Positions 1-13,699 of a stretch of 64,000 nt of DNA are shown here, piece after piece. The notes beneath the pieces were generated by a model that worked only from the letters and a program-made list of their open reading frames with translations, was not told the origin of the DNA and ran no database searches. The stretch's first letter is position 1; the number at the start of each line of letters is the position of its first letter. Made by a program: the position numbers and the translations under genes. Location: contig OX597815.1 in assembly GCA_951406725.2 (NCBI GenBank), positions 60,760,001 to 60,824,000 on the forward strand, read 5' to 3'. This DNA comes from Octopus vulgaris (lineage: Eukaryota).

Positions 1-80
1 TTTAAAATATGCTAGGCCACTGGTTTTAATTGATTAATATCAATTTCAACCCTTATTTAATTTTATATATATATATATAT

Positions 81-432
81 GAGTGAGAGCCTCAGTTCAA
101 ATCGCACGTGTCTTGAATGGGCTGGAGTATTTCTATTTTGGATGTATTTGGGGTACTTAATTGTACTCATGACTTAGTGTTTTGCTTCTTCCATGGGTAT
201 GAGTAAGTATCTCATTTATTTCTTTACCACATTTATCACGGACGAAGGGAGGGTTCTTACGGACTAACCCTGAAATCGGTCTGATATGGTAATAATGGAA
301 TTTTTTAGAAATTTCTGTCGGCTTTTTTCGAGTAGCGTGCGTATTGTGAAAAATCATATGGTAATGGACAATATATCCAATTTTCGGCATATTTGGAATT
401 AGAAATTCTTTCGTTTGCCCTTATTTATAAGT

Positions 433-435
<3 letters not shown>
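81..435 (+). mobile_element. Penelope-like pLTR remnant carrying a hammerhead motif, inserted between (TA)n tracts
   Basis: Flanked by TA repeats and contains an HHR fold at 234-286. Its 3' end (367-435) is homologous to the reverse complement of 63931-64000. Confidence 0.6.
234..286 (+). ncRNA. Degenerate minimal type I hammerhead ribozyme
   Basis: tatca-CGGACGA-aggg...ccct-GAAA-tcg-GTC-tgata. Stem I tatca/tgata, stem II aggg/ccct. The core has U->G, and the stem III palindrome ACCGGT reads ATCGGT. Confidence 0.65.
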
Positions 436-486
<51 letters not shown>

Positions 487-822
487 TGCACATATATGTG
501 TGTGTATGCATGTAGGTATGTGAGTCTATGTATGCAAGTAAACGCATGCCTCCCTGTATATTTATCTGCTTTTCTGATCTCACAGTTGTTTACATAGTCT
601 GACATGAGCAATTCGTCAATATATGCACGCATACATTCATACTAACATACCTGCATAGATACATATATACATCCATGCACACATGCACTCACATATATGT
701 AAGTAGATAGATGTATATAAAGACAAATAGATTGGTAGATAAAAAGATATGTATGTATTTATGTATAAGTTTACACACATACACACACATATTCATGTAC
801 ATACAATATATATGTATATATG

Positions 823-879
<57 letters not shown>

Positions 880-1109
880 TTCCATAAATACACATATATC
901 TGTATATATGTGTGTATGTGTGTACAAGACTTTATGCATATATGTATACATGCATACAGTCATGCATATACACACGTATACCGTTTGTATTGTGTTCCCT
1001 GCTAAGATAATTTTTCATACAATCCGCCATGTCTTATATTTTGCTTCACTTTGTAATGAAGTCACACAAATTCACCGACAAACGTTGCGACATCTTGTTC
1101 AAACACAAA

Positions 1110-1213
1110 ACTACTACTACTACTACAAAAACAACAACAACAACAACAACAACTACTACTACTACTACTACTACTACTACTGCTGCTGCTACTACTACTA
1201 CTACTACTACTAC

Positions 1214-1254
<41 letters not shown>

Positions 1255-1365
1255 GTAATCTGATGATCATCATCCTCCCAACTATCATTATCACCATCAT
1301 AATCATCATGGTCATTATGATCATGATCATCATCGTTGTCATCGTCATCGTCGTTGTTGCCACTA
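1110..1365. repeat. Compound trinucleotide microsatellite (ACT/AAC/GCT/AAT/ATC)
   Basis: Directly visible; source of the poly-T/N/Y pseudo-ORFs. Confidence 0.9.
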
Positions 1366-2344
1366 TCATCTCCCAAGGGTTTTCGTGTTCACTTACATGA
1401 TTATAAATGTAGAAGAAAACAACGAACAAAATATTACACCCCACCACCGCCAAAAAAAAGTACAAAAGGAACAAAGCGTCGTTTTTGTCGCTATATCACT
1501 CGTTATTATTTTATTATATTTGTTGTTATAATTTTATTAATTGTATTTCGTTTCTAAATTTTTTTTTTCGTTTTGTTATTTTCATGCTTTCTCCATAATA
1601 ATTGTTTCTTTCGGTAATATTTTTTTTCATATAAGAAATCTTCCTTCTACATAAGGCGAGATGTGCTGGAATATATGGCGACACGTTTGATCACATCCTA
1701 TGAAATATAAATGGGTTCGTACAAATAGACGTACTTGAATATATACAAGCATACATACATACTCATATACATACATACAAACATACATACATACATACAC
1801 ATACACGCATGCTCATACACATGGTGACACACGCGCACACACATATTTATAGGTATCTATGTATATATGTATTTCTACATGCACATACATCTTAGTATCT
1901 AAGTATAAACACATAAACAAGTCTATAAAGTCTTTCTCCCCCTCTCTCTCTATGTATATATATATATATTTATTTGCACACACATATATATATATGCATA
2001 TACGTATATATCTACATACATATATATATTCATATGTATAAATATGTATTTATACGCACATATATGGTATATGAGTTTACTTATATTTGTATGCGTGTTT
2101 AGATATATACATATACACGCGTCTATTGATATTTGCATATGTGTCCGTTTGTATATATGCCATGGTATGTGCGGGCGTGTACATTTACATGCAAAGAAAT
2201 ATGGGACAGTAAAAACTTTACAGATAGAAGCGAAAAAATGATTAAAAGAAAATAAATAATAAAGAAGAAAAATATGAATATAGAATAAAGCAAAGAAAGA
2301 AAGAGAGAAAGAAAGATAGAAAGCTAGCTAGCTAGATAGATAGG

Positions 2345-2435
<91 letters not shown>

Positions 2436-2669
2436 CAAATCAGTCTGGAGTTTCCGGTTGTAAATGAAATAAGTAGAAGAGCAATGTTGAAAAACTGTGC
2501 CGTAATGCAACCTTGTTAATTGACAATGGTAAAATAAGTTTGGTTACGGTGAGAACCCAGAGTAACTCACCGGAAGTATATTACAGAAATCATTTTCCTC
2601 TGTAAGTGATTTCCTCTGCAGGTGGGATCGTTGATGGATATGCGTGTGTGTGTGTGTGTATGTGTGTGT

Positions 2670-2732
<63 letters not shown>

Positions 2733-3114
2733 CGTCTGCATGCATGCGCGTGTGAATGTACATTTATAAATATGTATGCATATATATGCATACATATGGA
2801 TTGGCGTGTGTTTACCAACAAAGGGAACTTTATGTATTCAATACATAAAGTAGAGTTTGTTTTTCCAAGCTGAAGTTTCTTGAATTGTTATTCTGAGTTT
2901 CAAGTTGCTGATTATTCGAATGATTGAAGCAGGGAAGTAGCGTGACAATACATATGATAATATATTCGTAAATACATAAAAAAAAATTGGATTAATCGTC
3001 GACACTCCATTGGATATTAAAAAAAAATGTTACAAAACGCATCAAATACTTATCTGCTAAATTATCAAAAGCAGAAAACGTAATACTTTTAGGTGATCAG
3101 TATCGTATCTGTTA

Positions 3115-3358
3115 TTTTTTGCTTCAGTCATTAGACTGCGGCTATTCTGAAGCACCGCATTGAAGGGTTGTGTGTGTGTGTGTGTGTGTGTTTGCGTGTG
3201 TATATACGACGGGCTTCTTTCAGTTTCCATCTACCAAATCCATTCACATTCGACTCGAGGCTATAGTAAAAGACATTTACCAAGGTACCACGCAGTGGGA
3301 TTGAACCTGGAACCATGTAGTTGGGAATCAAGCTTCGTACAACACAGCCACGCCTGAT
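3115..3358 (-). mobile_element. tRNA-derived SINE, family A (internally deleted copy)
   Basis: Reverse complement has the A/B-box-like head ggcgtggctgtgttg...ggttcaatcccactgcgtgg and tail gcggtgcttcagaatagccgcagtctaatgactgaa. Homologous to 12463-12884, 30033-30408 and 60458-60842. Confidence 0.85.
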
Positions 3359-4822
3359 CCTATATATATATATAACACATAAGAAGGTGTTTACTGTTCA
3401 TAAAAGTTTGCTTTTTTTAATTATATAGTCATCTTTTAGTGTATGCCAATTGCATTATATGGAGAAAAAACTATAGTAAGAAATCGGTTGTAGAAAAATT
3501 CTTCAATAAATACCAATAGATGTATGTATAAGAAGTCGCCAATTTAGACCTTTTGTCCAAAAGTATAAAAGGTTATAATTCATTGACGTAGATCCCATCT
3601 CCTAGTGGGATCCACATTAGATAGATCCATAATGTTGACTTAGTATTTCTAATCATATCTATCTAGCTATACACACACATACATGCATATGCATAGTTAT
3701 ATATATATATACTCACAGACACAAACACACACACAGACACACACACACACACACATACACACACATACACACACACTGTATTATAGTAACAATCACACAC
3801 GAATTTATGCAGTGAAATTTTAGATGATCTATGGGAGATATTTAATTACTGATGGCCTACAATGTACTATTCTACTGGTAGTCAGTGCTATGACATTGTC
3901 TATGTGAATTAAACGAAGAAAAATGAGTTAATTGTACACCAAAGGAAATATGAATTATGTACCTCCATTGCTTCACTGAATACTCGATCTTTCTATGTTT
4001 ATTCATTTCTTCAGCGGCTGTTGAACTAAAGGTAGCTACTATCTTAGCCAACAATACAGTATAGTTGTTAACATCAAGAGTCACTTGTATAGAACTCTAA
4101 CAAGGATAGACAAAGGAACGAATATAATCAATTAGAATTCTTAAATACTTGGCAAGAGATTCAACGCTGACAGAAGAATTATAGTTAATCTAAACAAAAG
4201 TTGATACTACTAAAAGTGTACAATTGGTTGTCAGTGCTATGACATATGTCTGAATTTTACAAACAGCATGAATATATTACAGAAAAATGTGGAATATTTG
4301 AACCAGTTGCCTTTTCTTTCTGTCTACCAAGCTATCAGTTCCCTGATGGGTTTATTATCTTCTTAGTGCTCGCAGACAACCAAAACTGTCACGTGACTCT
4401 TGCCATCTAACGGTTTGTGACTGTAACATAGCATGAAAGTTTTGTACTAATTTTGTTGTTTATTTATTTATTTAATCTTCTGCATATCATTAAGACAGAC
4501 CATTGGAGTAGATGCTTGGCTGTATCTAGTTCAATGAAGCATTGAACCAACTGTATCACACAGACACGCGCGCACGCATAGATGTTTAATATAATATATA
4601 TTATGCACATGAGTGTATATCTATATTCATATACAAGTATATACATATACATACACACATATATCATATACACATACATATTCATTTGTAAACATCGGTT
4701 AAAACTGAGAGTCACAATTTTAGGGAGAAGTACATTGTGATATGGAATGGATACCTTTGTTTATAAAGTTAATGGTCCTTGCAAAGTCAGTCCACTTTCA
4801 TTCGAGTGCAATAAAATAACGG

Positions 4823-4873
<51 letters not shown>

Positions 4874-4968
4874 AAACACACATATATACAAACATCCGTA
4901 TCCACTTACACACGCACGCACACATACACCCCACCATAAATAATATATATATATATATACAGATACAC

Positions 4969-5057
<89 letters not shown>

Positions 5058-7270
5058 TACATGTACATTTTGTACACAACACCGTGAATCAGAAGGACTA
5101 GAATAAATTTAAGTATTAGCTAACATTAGCTGTGATAAGAAATTATAAGAATGTAACCACATTTCTTTTCTATGTCTTCTATGTACAGAAACATATTCGA
5201 ATAACTCCTGACTCAATTTCAGAGTTTGCTGACCGCTCTTTCGAAGAAATTTAGTCGATTTCCTTCCCCAATCGAAATCGTAAGCTCTCTAACTGCTATA
5301 TAAAGTTATCAGGAATTAAGCTATTACCGTAGTAGATTGCTTAAATCGTATATTTTGCTTTAGGTGGTCAAAAAATATTAAGCAAGATTGCTTTTTGTAC
5401 AAGACCACATGAATAAACAGAAAATCTTAGCAATGATACGAACTCATAAGAATGTAAATGCATTGCTTTTATGCTTTTGATGTGCAATTTCATTAATGAT
5501 CAGCCGTAACAGTAAAAGTATAGAAATTATGCTATCCACTACAGTAATAGGTTAATTCCTGAATGCTTTATAATCAGGTACTCTTCTCTAAAGAGCTATT
5601 TTTTCTAATCACTCTTATCACTAGTATTATGATTCATTAGGAATTGTGGAGTAAATTCTGTGCAAACCATCGTACAACGCATCACCAATATCTAGGGAAC
5701 AGAGGAAGCAACAACAGCAGCAACCGCAGCAGTAAGTAAACGAATGGAACACAAGTATTATCACCAGCATGGCAGCAGCAACCCGAGGAAGGAGCAATTA
5801 CGTGGTTACTCGATCTGATAGAAATGATAGCCATATCAAAATAATACTATCACCACAAGAAAAGGACATTGTAGTCATATATATATATATATAGAAAAGT
5901 GACCATATGGTCATTGCATGAATGTCTCTGATGCTAGGACTGTCTAGCAACATCATTGTAAAAGGTCCCCAATAGCAACACAGTAGCAATACATATGCAG
6001 CAACACTATTATGAACACCAATAACATCACTATCAACGTCGACACCGATGCAACCATCAATATTTTAACATAGCACCACTAAATCCATTATCAACACCAC
6101 CAACAACGAATCCTCTAAACGTCGACAAGAGTAACAACAACAACAACATCAACAACAGCAAAAACATTAGCTTCTGTACCAATAATAATACTCACCAACT
6201 CCACTCAGCCTCAACTCTGCCTGCAACACCACCGTTAAGTTCAACGATAGCGACTTGAACATCGTCGTCAACATTTATAGACGGCTACTGTGGCTGAAAC
6301 AAGCAAACAGTTGAGTTCCCTAAAGCCAAACATTGCCACTGGAATTACGCAATGAAAGTGGCTTTCATCATCGCCGATGTCTTTCATCGTTCCATCATCC
6401 TTGATGATAACTTAGGTAACTGATGTCGAGGGTGGGGACGGAGGGTAATGTGAGGAAGCGGGAAGGAGGAACGATGGTTATTGGTGGTGATAAGTCTGTA
6501 GTTATAACTGACGAAGCGGCAGCAGGGATTGGTGGTGATAGTGTGATGTTCGAACTGTGATGATGTTCTATTTGTTGTTTAGCATTATTTGTTGTTTGTT
6601 TAGCATTATTTGTTTAGCATTATTTGTCTATTTGTTGTTTAGCTCATTACCGAGCAGACCTATGATCAAAGGTGTTCCAGCCGTAACCACTCAGTCTTTT
6701 TAGACATTGTATACTCTGAACTACATTGTCTTTTTTTTTTAAAGAGTATAAGTTGTGGTTTGATGGTGTTGCTGTATATTGACTGGTGACGGTTGTTGTT
6801 GTTACTGCTGTTGGTGGTGGTGGTGATGGTAGTGGTAGTGGTGTGGTGTGCTGATTGAGACAATTACAATGCTACTGCTTATGGTGATGGAGGTGGAGTG
6901 ATAGTTGCGGTGATGCTATTAAAAGTAACAAGAGCATGCTTTGTGAGAGATTTAGTTGCTATTTTGAATATATTCCCCATTTTCATAATTTTTTTAGAAA
7001 TTAGGTGTCATTTTCTTGGAGAGGTGCACTTCTAAAGAAGCGCCGAAAATTGTACGCGTACCATTGCATAGACGTGGTGAGTTCAAATCCTAGGCGAATT
7101 GAGAGTAGTCTATTTTTATGTTGGGTGCGCGGAATTTCGAGGAAAAAAATTATAAGAAAACGCATCCTAAGTCAAAGAGAGCACACATATCAACTTTGGT
7201 GAAATTCAATTGAAAATTGTAGGAGTAGAAGTAGTTCACACAACACACAGACAACTTGCCTTTTAATATA

Positions 7271-8521
7271 CTTGGGACGTTCAATAAGTAATGCCTCTGA
7301 CCCATTTGCAGTTGTTTGATCTAGCTGAAATTTTGCATGTGCAATCATTTATATCTCTATAGAGTAAGTGACAAATTGTGGTTTCTGATTTACAGGTGTT
7401 TGAACTGAGTCAAGTGTGAAATGGAGCCTGTTGAGTGTCGAGCAGTGATCCGGTTTTTGTATTTGAAAGGACGCACACCACGGGAGACTTTTGATGAAAC
7501 GAAAGTAACTTATGGTGATGATGCCCCATCATATGACCTTGTAAAACGCTGGGATCGTGAATTCAAACATGGTCGGAACTCTGTGGAAACAGTTCCCAGA
7601 TCTGGTCGCCCCCTTCTGCCATTGATGAGGCATCTGTCCGTCAAGTTGAGGCTGCCATATTGGAAGATCGACGCATAATTATTCGCCAAATAGCCCATGA
7701 GGTCAAGATTAGTACCGGGTCTGTAGAAACTATCATTCATGACCATTTGCATATGCAAAAGGTGTCTGCCAGATGGATTCCCAGGTTGCTCACGCCTTTC
7801 CAGAAGCAAGAACGCGTCGAGTGCTCGAGGATGAATTTGGAGATGTGCCAAGAAGATGAGTCAAAATTTTTCAAAAGACTGATTACACAGGATGAAACCT
7901 GGGTCCATCACGATGATTCAGAGACCAAAGCCCAGTCAATGCAGTGGAAGCACCGTGACTCACCTCCTCAAAAGAAGGCAAGGGTGCAGCCCTCCGCTGG
8001 CAAGGTCATGCTCACAGTCTTCTGGGACCAGGACGGAGTAGTGATGACAGATTTCCTGGCAAAGGGTACCACAATTACAGGAGCCTATTATGCTTCACTT
8101 TTGAGGAAATTAAGAGAAGTTATCAAAATCAAGAGGCAGGGCAAGATCAGCAAAGGCATCCTCCTCCTGCAGGACAACGCTCCGGTCCACAACTCGCTTG
8201 TCGCCAGATCAGAAGCACAGGCGTATGGCTATGAACTCCTCCCCCATCACTCTGATTTTCACCTCTTCCCAGTCATGAAGTTGTTTTTGAAAAGAAAGCG
8301 TTTCCCAGATGATGCAGCCTTGATTTCTGAAGTCACGTCGTGGTTGGAGGACCAAGCTGGAGTCTTCTACAAAAACGGTCTCCAGAGCTGCATCAAACGA
8401 TGGTAGAAATGCGTAACTCTGGGTGGTTCCTATGTAGAAAAAGACTAATAACTGTGCCAAGTTTCGTTGCTCTACTGCTATAGGAAGTGGGTCAGGGGCA
8501 TTACTTATTGAACGCCCCTCG
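7271..8521 (+). mobile_element. Mariner (DD34D-type) DNA transposon, full length, inactive
   Basis: Imperfect ~34-bp TIRs: cttgggacgttcaataagtaatgcctctgaccca and tgggtcaggggcattacttattgaacgcccctcg. TA target duplication at 7269-7270 and 8522-8523. Transposase ORF inside. Confidence 0.95.
7421..8448 (+). pseudogene. Mariner transposase pseudogene
   Basis: N-terminal HTH (RAVIRFL...VKRW), WIPRLL (WVPHEL-like), ITQDETW, LLQDNAPVH. Frameshift near 7610-7660, YSPDLAP motif deleted (LLPHHSDFHLF), premature TAG at 8404-8406, likely natural stop at 8446-8448. Confidence 0.92.
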
Positions 8522-8949
8522 TATAAGACATGTATCATACCAATTTTGGTTTTCAGTTATAACATTTTTTTTCTCTGTTGATATGAAAAATGTGTATCGA
8601 GATGAGACAAGACATATTTTAAGAAACACTTCTCAAGGTATGAACATCTAAGAGTCGTATGAAGGATTATACTGAGCACTTTATACATGTACATACATAA
8701 ATGCGTATACATGTGTATGTTTGAGCGTGTTGTCAGTAAAGAACTTTTTGAAACAATATTCTATTCATTGTAATGTGCATAGTATGATCTTATTTTTTAA
8801 ATACGACATAAAACCGGAAAAGCAATCTTTTTTTTCGATTCGTGTTCCTCGGGATGTGGATAAAGTTATTAAAGCGCGATTTTAAAATGCAGAAATGAGA
8901 CCTATGTGGATTTGTAATTAATTATTCGCAAGAGGACCCTGCAATCCAC

Positions 8950-9004
<55 letters not shown>

Positions 9005-9357
9005 ATTTAGCTTAACAAAGAACCAGTCTTAAACAAAGCGGAAAGATTCTTGTTTCTCAACATAAGTCACTGTAACTTCTTTCGAAGCTTGCCCAACAGG
9101 GAACAACTACTTCAAAGGTTGAACATCTCAATACTTTTAAATACAAAAGGGTTATATGCGTTTCCCTTTCTTTAGTAACAAGATGGTAACTAATCGTTCT
9201 CTCCAGCGGTTCTGAGCAGCATTGTTGAAAGTGGTCAACATTCTTTTGTTTTACACTGCAATAGGCATTCCTTCTCCGACTTCTCAGTCACCACTATTCG
9301 GTAAAGTACTCAATACCTGATAGGATAGGAAGTTTAAATATTTTCATTTTGAATTAT

Positions 9358-9435
<78 letters not shown>

Positions 9436-10673
9436 CACACACAGATATATATGCATATATGTGTGCATGTATGTATGTGTATGTATATTTACACACACAT
9501 ACACATACATACATGTGTACATACATACATACATACATACATACATACATACATACATACATACATACAAACATACATACATACAAATTCACTGCAGTTC
9601 CCGAGGAGAAAAGATTCTCTCTAATGGTAAAAAAGAAGTGTAAAAACACCATATCTGTCCACTGCTGGCCCCTGTCGGATTCTTAGACGTGTTTTTAGCT
9701 CTTTAGCTGTTATTAGTGGGAAATACCAAAGAGAGACAATTCTGGACACTTAAATGAAGTTGTAGCGTTAACTAACAGTCAACAACATTGGCTGACGTGC
9801 GCCATTAGACTGCCAGGTCATAAAAAATTACAGCAGTATCAGCACGAAGCAGTATTGAGACCGCCACGGTAACGGTAGTGAATTTGCCCTCAGCAGTTGA
9901 AATATATCACAAGCATGTTTTAACTAGCCTAAAGTTCGTTTATCCCTAAACACTGCTTGGCACTGACACTACTGTATTTTTTTTAGACCTAGCGGTCTAT
10001 TGATGGAGCTCAGTCAATTTTGTTGAATGTGTTTTAGTAAAGAATTGCCATAAGAGCTGACTATACGCCAAAATATTGTTTTTAGTAAAATTGGCTGTCT
10101 GAAACACAGATCTTGTTTAGCATAAGGTGTTTAATTTTGTTCCTGGTTTAAAATTAAAGAACAGGTTTGCTGTTCAAAATCCTTTAGTGAAATGAAGACG
10201 TTTATAAAGTTATAGCAAGTTTATAACTACATAAAGATATGCACCCACACCCATACACACACACAAATAATAATTACTGATGAACGCTACATGCATAATC
10301 ACATTCATAACCACATAAATAACCAGAAACAGCTGCGCGCGTGCACACACAAATATGTATGTGTGTGTTTGTGTGTGTGTGTGTGTGTCTGTGTGTGTGT
10401 GTGTCTGTGTATCTGTGTGAATGTATATGTATATAATTACATCTTAAAATGAAACAAATAAATCTTATGTATTTTAATTTAATATTTATTCCTTGATAGT
10501 TTTACACTTCATTCCAAATATATATGGTATTGCTCTGGTGATATTCATCAGATCTACTGAGCCCCTGAGCAGACGTTGCAAAGGAACACCACTGTGTTCT
10601 GCTGCGTGCGTGCTTGTCTAAGTTCGTTTGTGATTACACACGTTCAAACATGTGTGCGTATACACACATACCG

Positions 10674-10742
<69 letters not shown>

Positions 10743-10747
10743 TATAG

Positions 10748-11901
10748 TGTTACGGAGGCAAGGAAAAATAAACGAACAAAGAAAAACATTATGCCCCTTG
10801 TTCCATTAGTTGGAATCGAACCGGCGCACCAGTTGTTCAGGACAATGGCATTTCCTTTGTCCTGTCAAAGACCACGATTATTAATGGTCCGAGGCAGTGA
10901 TCTATGGCCCCCACACGGTCAAAGAAAGTTTAAAAAGATAAAAATGCTGGGACAACGTTATATATACGGCTAGCATTAAGTTAGTTGGTCAGTCAGCGAG
11001 AAACCGTGAGAGGGTCAGTGTGAGCGGAGCGGACAAGGGAGTGAGTTAGAGATAGTGGAGTCGGCGAGAGACGGTCAGTGTGAGTGTCCACTGGACAAAG
11101 GGTGGCGTGGTCTAGAGAGAGACAGACAGTGAGTGTGAGTGTGAGAGATGACACGACGAGAGGTAGTAAGGAAGATGACAGTGAAGGGGCAGAGGGAGAC
11201 ATAAAGAAGCCGGACTACTATAGTTGGGAGTTGTGATGTTCAGGGAGTGTTGCAGGTGTGGAACATGCGGTATTTGTGTTTTGAATTTCGATGTTTAGAT
11301 GTAAAAAAATGAAAGAGAAAGAAAAGAGAAAAAAAAGAGCGTGTTGTTGGCTGTTTTCAAAAGAAAAGAAAAGGAAGAAAAAAAAGAAAACTTGGAAATG
11401 TTTTTAAAAGGAGAAGGAGCCCTTTTTGAGAACTGTCGTGTTAAAAAAAAAAGAAGAGGAAATTGGAGCTCTAAGAGACTGTTGATTTTGAATTTTGTGT
11501 TAAATGTAAAATGATTTCTCTTGAAAAAGACCGAACCGTATTGAGTCAAATGTTTAATGATTTGTTTTTCGAACTCTGTATTATGTTTAAATGCAAATGA
11601 TTGTGTTTGGAACTCTGTATTATGTTTAAATGCAAATGATTGTTCTTCGAACTCTGTACATGAATTATCAACCTTTGTTTTGGAATGCTTTGATTTTGTT
11701 TTGAAAAAATTGCTAAATTACGCAACTTCCGCCTATGTGTCTCTTTCTTTTGTGGTTGTGTTGGTTCCTGGGTGTGATCGCCGCCTTCCCCGCCTTTCTG
11801 TGGTGGATTTCTGGTTTACTGAGCGCCGTCGCCGTCGCAAGCGGGCGTGAGGGCCATGTGGTGGCATCGGAAGGCCTAGGGCTTGTGCGCACGGCGTAAC
11901 A
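10748..11901. mobile_element. Probable solo LTR (1154 bp) inserted in a (TA)n tract
   Basis: Begins TGTTACG and ends CGTAACA (TG...CA with 7-bp inverted ends). TA repeats on both sides (atag/atat flanks), no coding capacity, internal 33-bp tandem repeat at 11571-11659. Confidence 0.7.
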
Positions 11902-12462
11902 ATATATATATATATATAATAAAAATGGTAAATCATTTTTCAGTGGTTTTTCATATAACCAACAATTATTTACCGGTAAAATTCCGGTATGTAAATATGA
12001 CAAATTCATCGTCAGGAACTTCTGGAAAGTTCAGTATATAGTGAAAATAATTAAAGGGCGGGCAGCAGGCTGCCTCGCCGCATACCGAAGGAATTAGAAA
12101 TGGCAGTCAAAGACTGTTTTTTCCATTTTCTATAAGTGGATTTTCCAAATACGACGAACCCTGCGATTCACATACGCAAAAACGGAGTAGCAAATAAACG
12201 AAACCAATCTCTTACCGTTAATGATGAACATGTTTCTGGATCACAAGCTCGAAAATAGCTTGATTTCCTTTATCAACACCATATTCGATAGATTTACCAA
12301 ATGCCACAAGCCCTCACTTCTGACCAAGCGACATCAGATAGTGGGGGGAGGTGTGCATATGTTAAAACTAAGTAATGACTGAGAACGTAAATTTTCCCTC
12401 CAAAAATTCTGCCGTGCGCGCCGCCTGGCCGATCGCAATGGAATAAGAAGTCCACATGGTAA

Positions 12463-12884
12463 TACTCTTTTACTCTTTTACTCTTTTACTTGTTTCAGTC
12501 ATTTGACTGCGGCCATGCTGGAGCACCGCCTTTAGTCGAGCAAATCAACCCCGGGACTTATTCTTTGTAAGCCCAGTACTTATTCTATCGGTCGCTTTTG
12601 CCGAACCGCTAAGTGACGGGGACGTAAACACACCAGCATCGGTTGTCAAGCGATGCTAGGGGGACAAACACACAAACATACAAACATATACGCACACACT
12701 TATATATATATACATATATACGACAGGCTTCTTTCAGTTTCCGTCTACCAAATCCACTCACAAGGCATTGGTTGGCCCGGGGCTATAGCAGAAGACACTT
12801 GCCCAAGATGCCACGCAGTGGGACTGAACCCGGAACTATGTGGTTGGTTAGCAAGCTACTTACCACACAGCCACTCCTGCGCCT
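12463..12884 (-). mobile_element. tRNA-derived SINE, family A, full length
   Basis: Head aggcgcaggagtggctgtgtggtaag...gggttcagtcccactgcgtgg, internal TA/TG microsatellite, 3' ggcggtgctccagcatggccgcagtcaaatgactgaaacaag followed by a (TAAAAGAG)n tail. Confidence 0.92.
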
Positions 12885-13020
12885 ATATACGATAAAAATG
12901 GTAAATAATTTTTCAGTGGTTTTTCATATAACCAACAATTATTTACCGGTAAAATTCCGGTATGTAAATATGAATATGCACCTACAAATGTGTGTATGTA
13001 TATTTACATACAGACACATC

Positions 13021-13323
<303 letters not shown>

Positions 13324-13370
13324 CATATATATATATATATATATATATATGCGTGTGTATGTGTATATAA

Positions 13371-13495
<125 letters not shown>

Positions 13496-13699
13496 AGAGT
13501 TCGAAGAACAATCATTTGCATTTAAACATAATACAGAGTTCCAAACACAATCATTTGCATTTAAACATAATACAGAGTTCGAAAAACAAATCATTAAACA
13601 TTTGACTCAATACGGTTCGGTCTTTTTCAAGAGAAATCATTTTACATTTAACACAAAATTCAAAATCAACAGTCTCTTAGAGCTCCAATTTCCTCTTCT

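Noticed and set aside
11571-11659. 33-bp repeats resembling a CRISPR array
   Set aside because: Head-to-tail tandem units with no unique spacers, eukaryotic context, no cas genes.
12005-12240. Minus-strand CTGACGA and GAAACATGTT motifs
   Set aside because: They are far apart in GAAA-first order, and I found no consistent stem I/II pairing.
12780-12884. tRNA-like A/B boxes (also at 26085, 30033, 60458)
   Set aside because: These are SINE heads with no complete cloverleaf and continue into SINE bodies.
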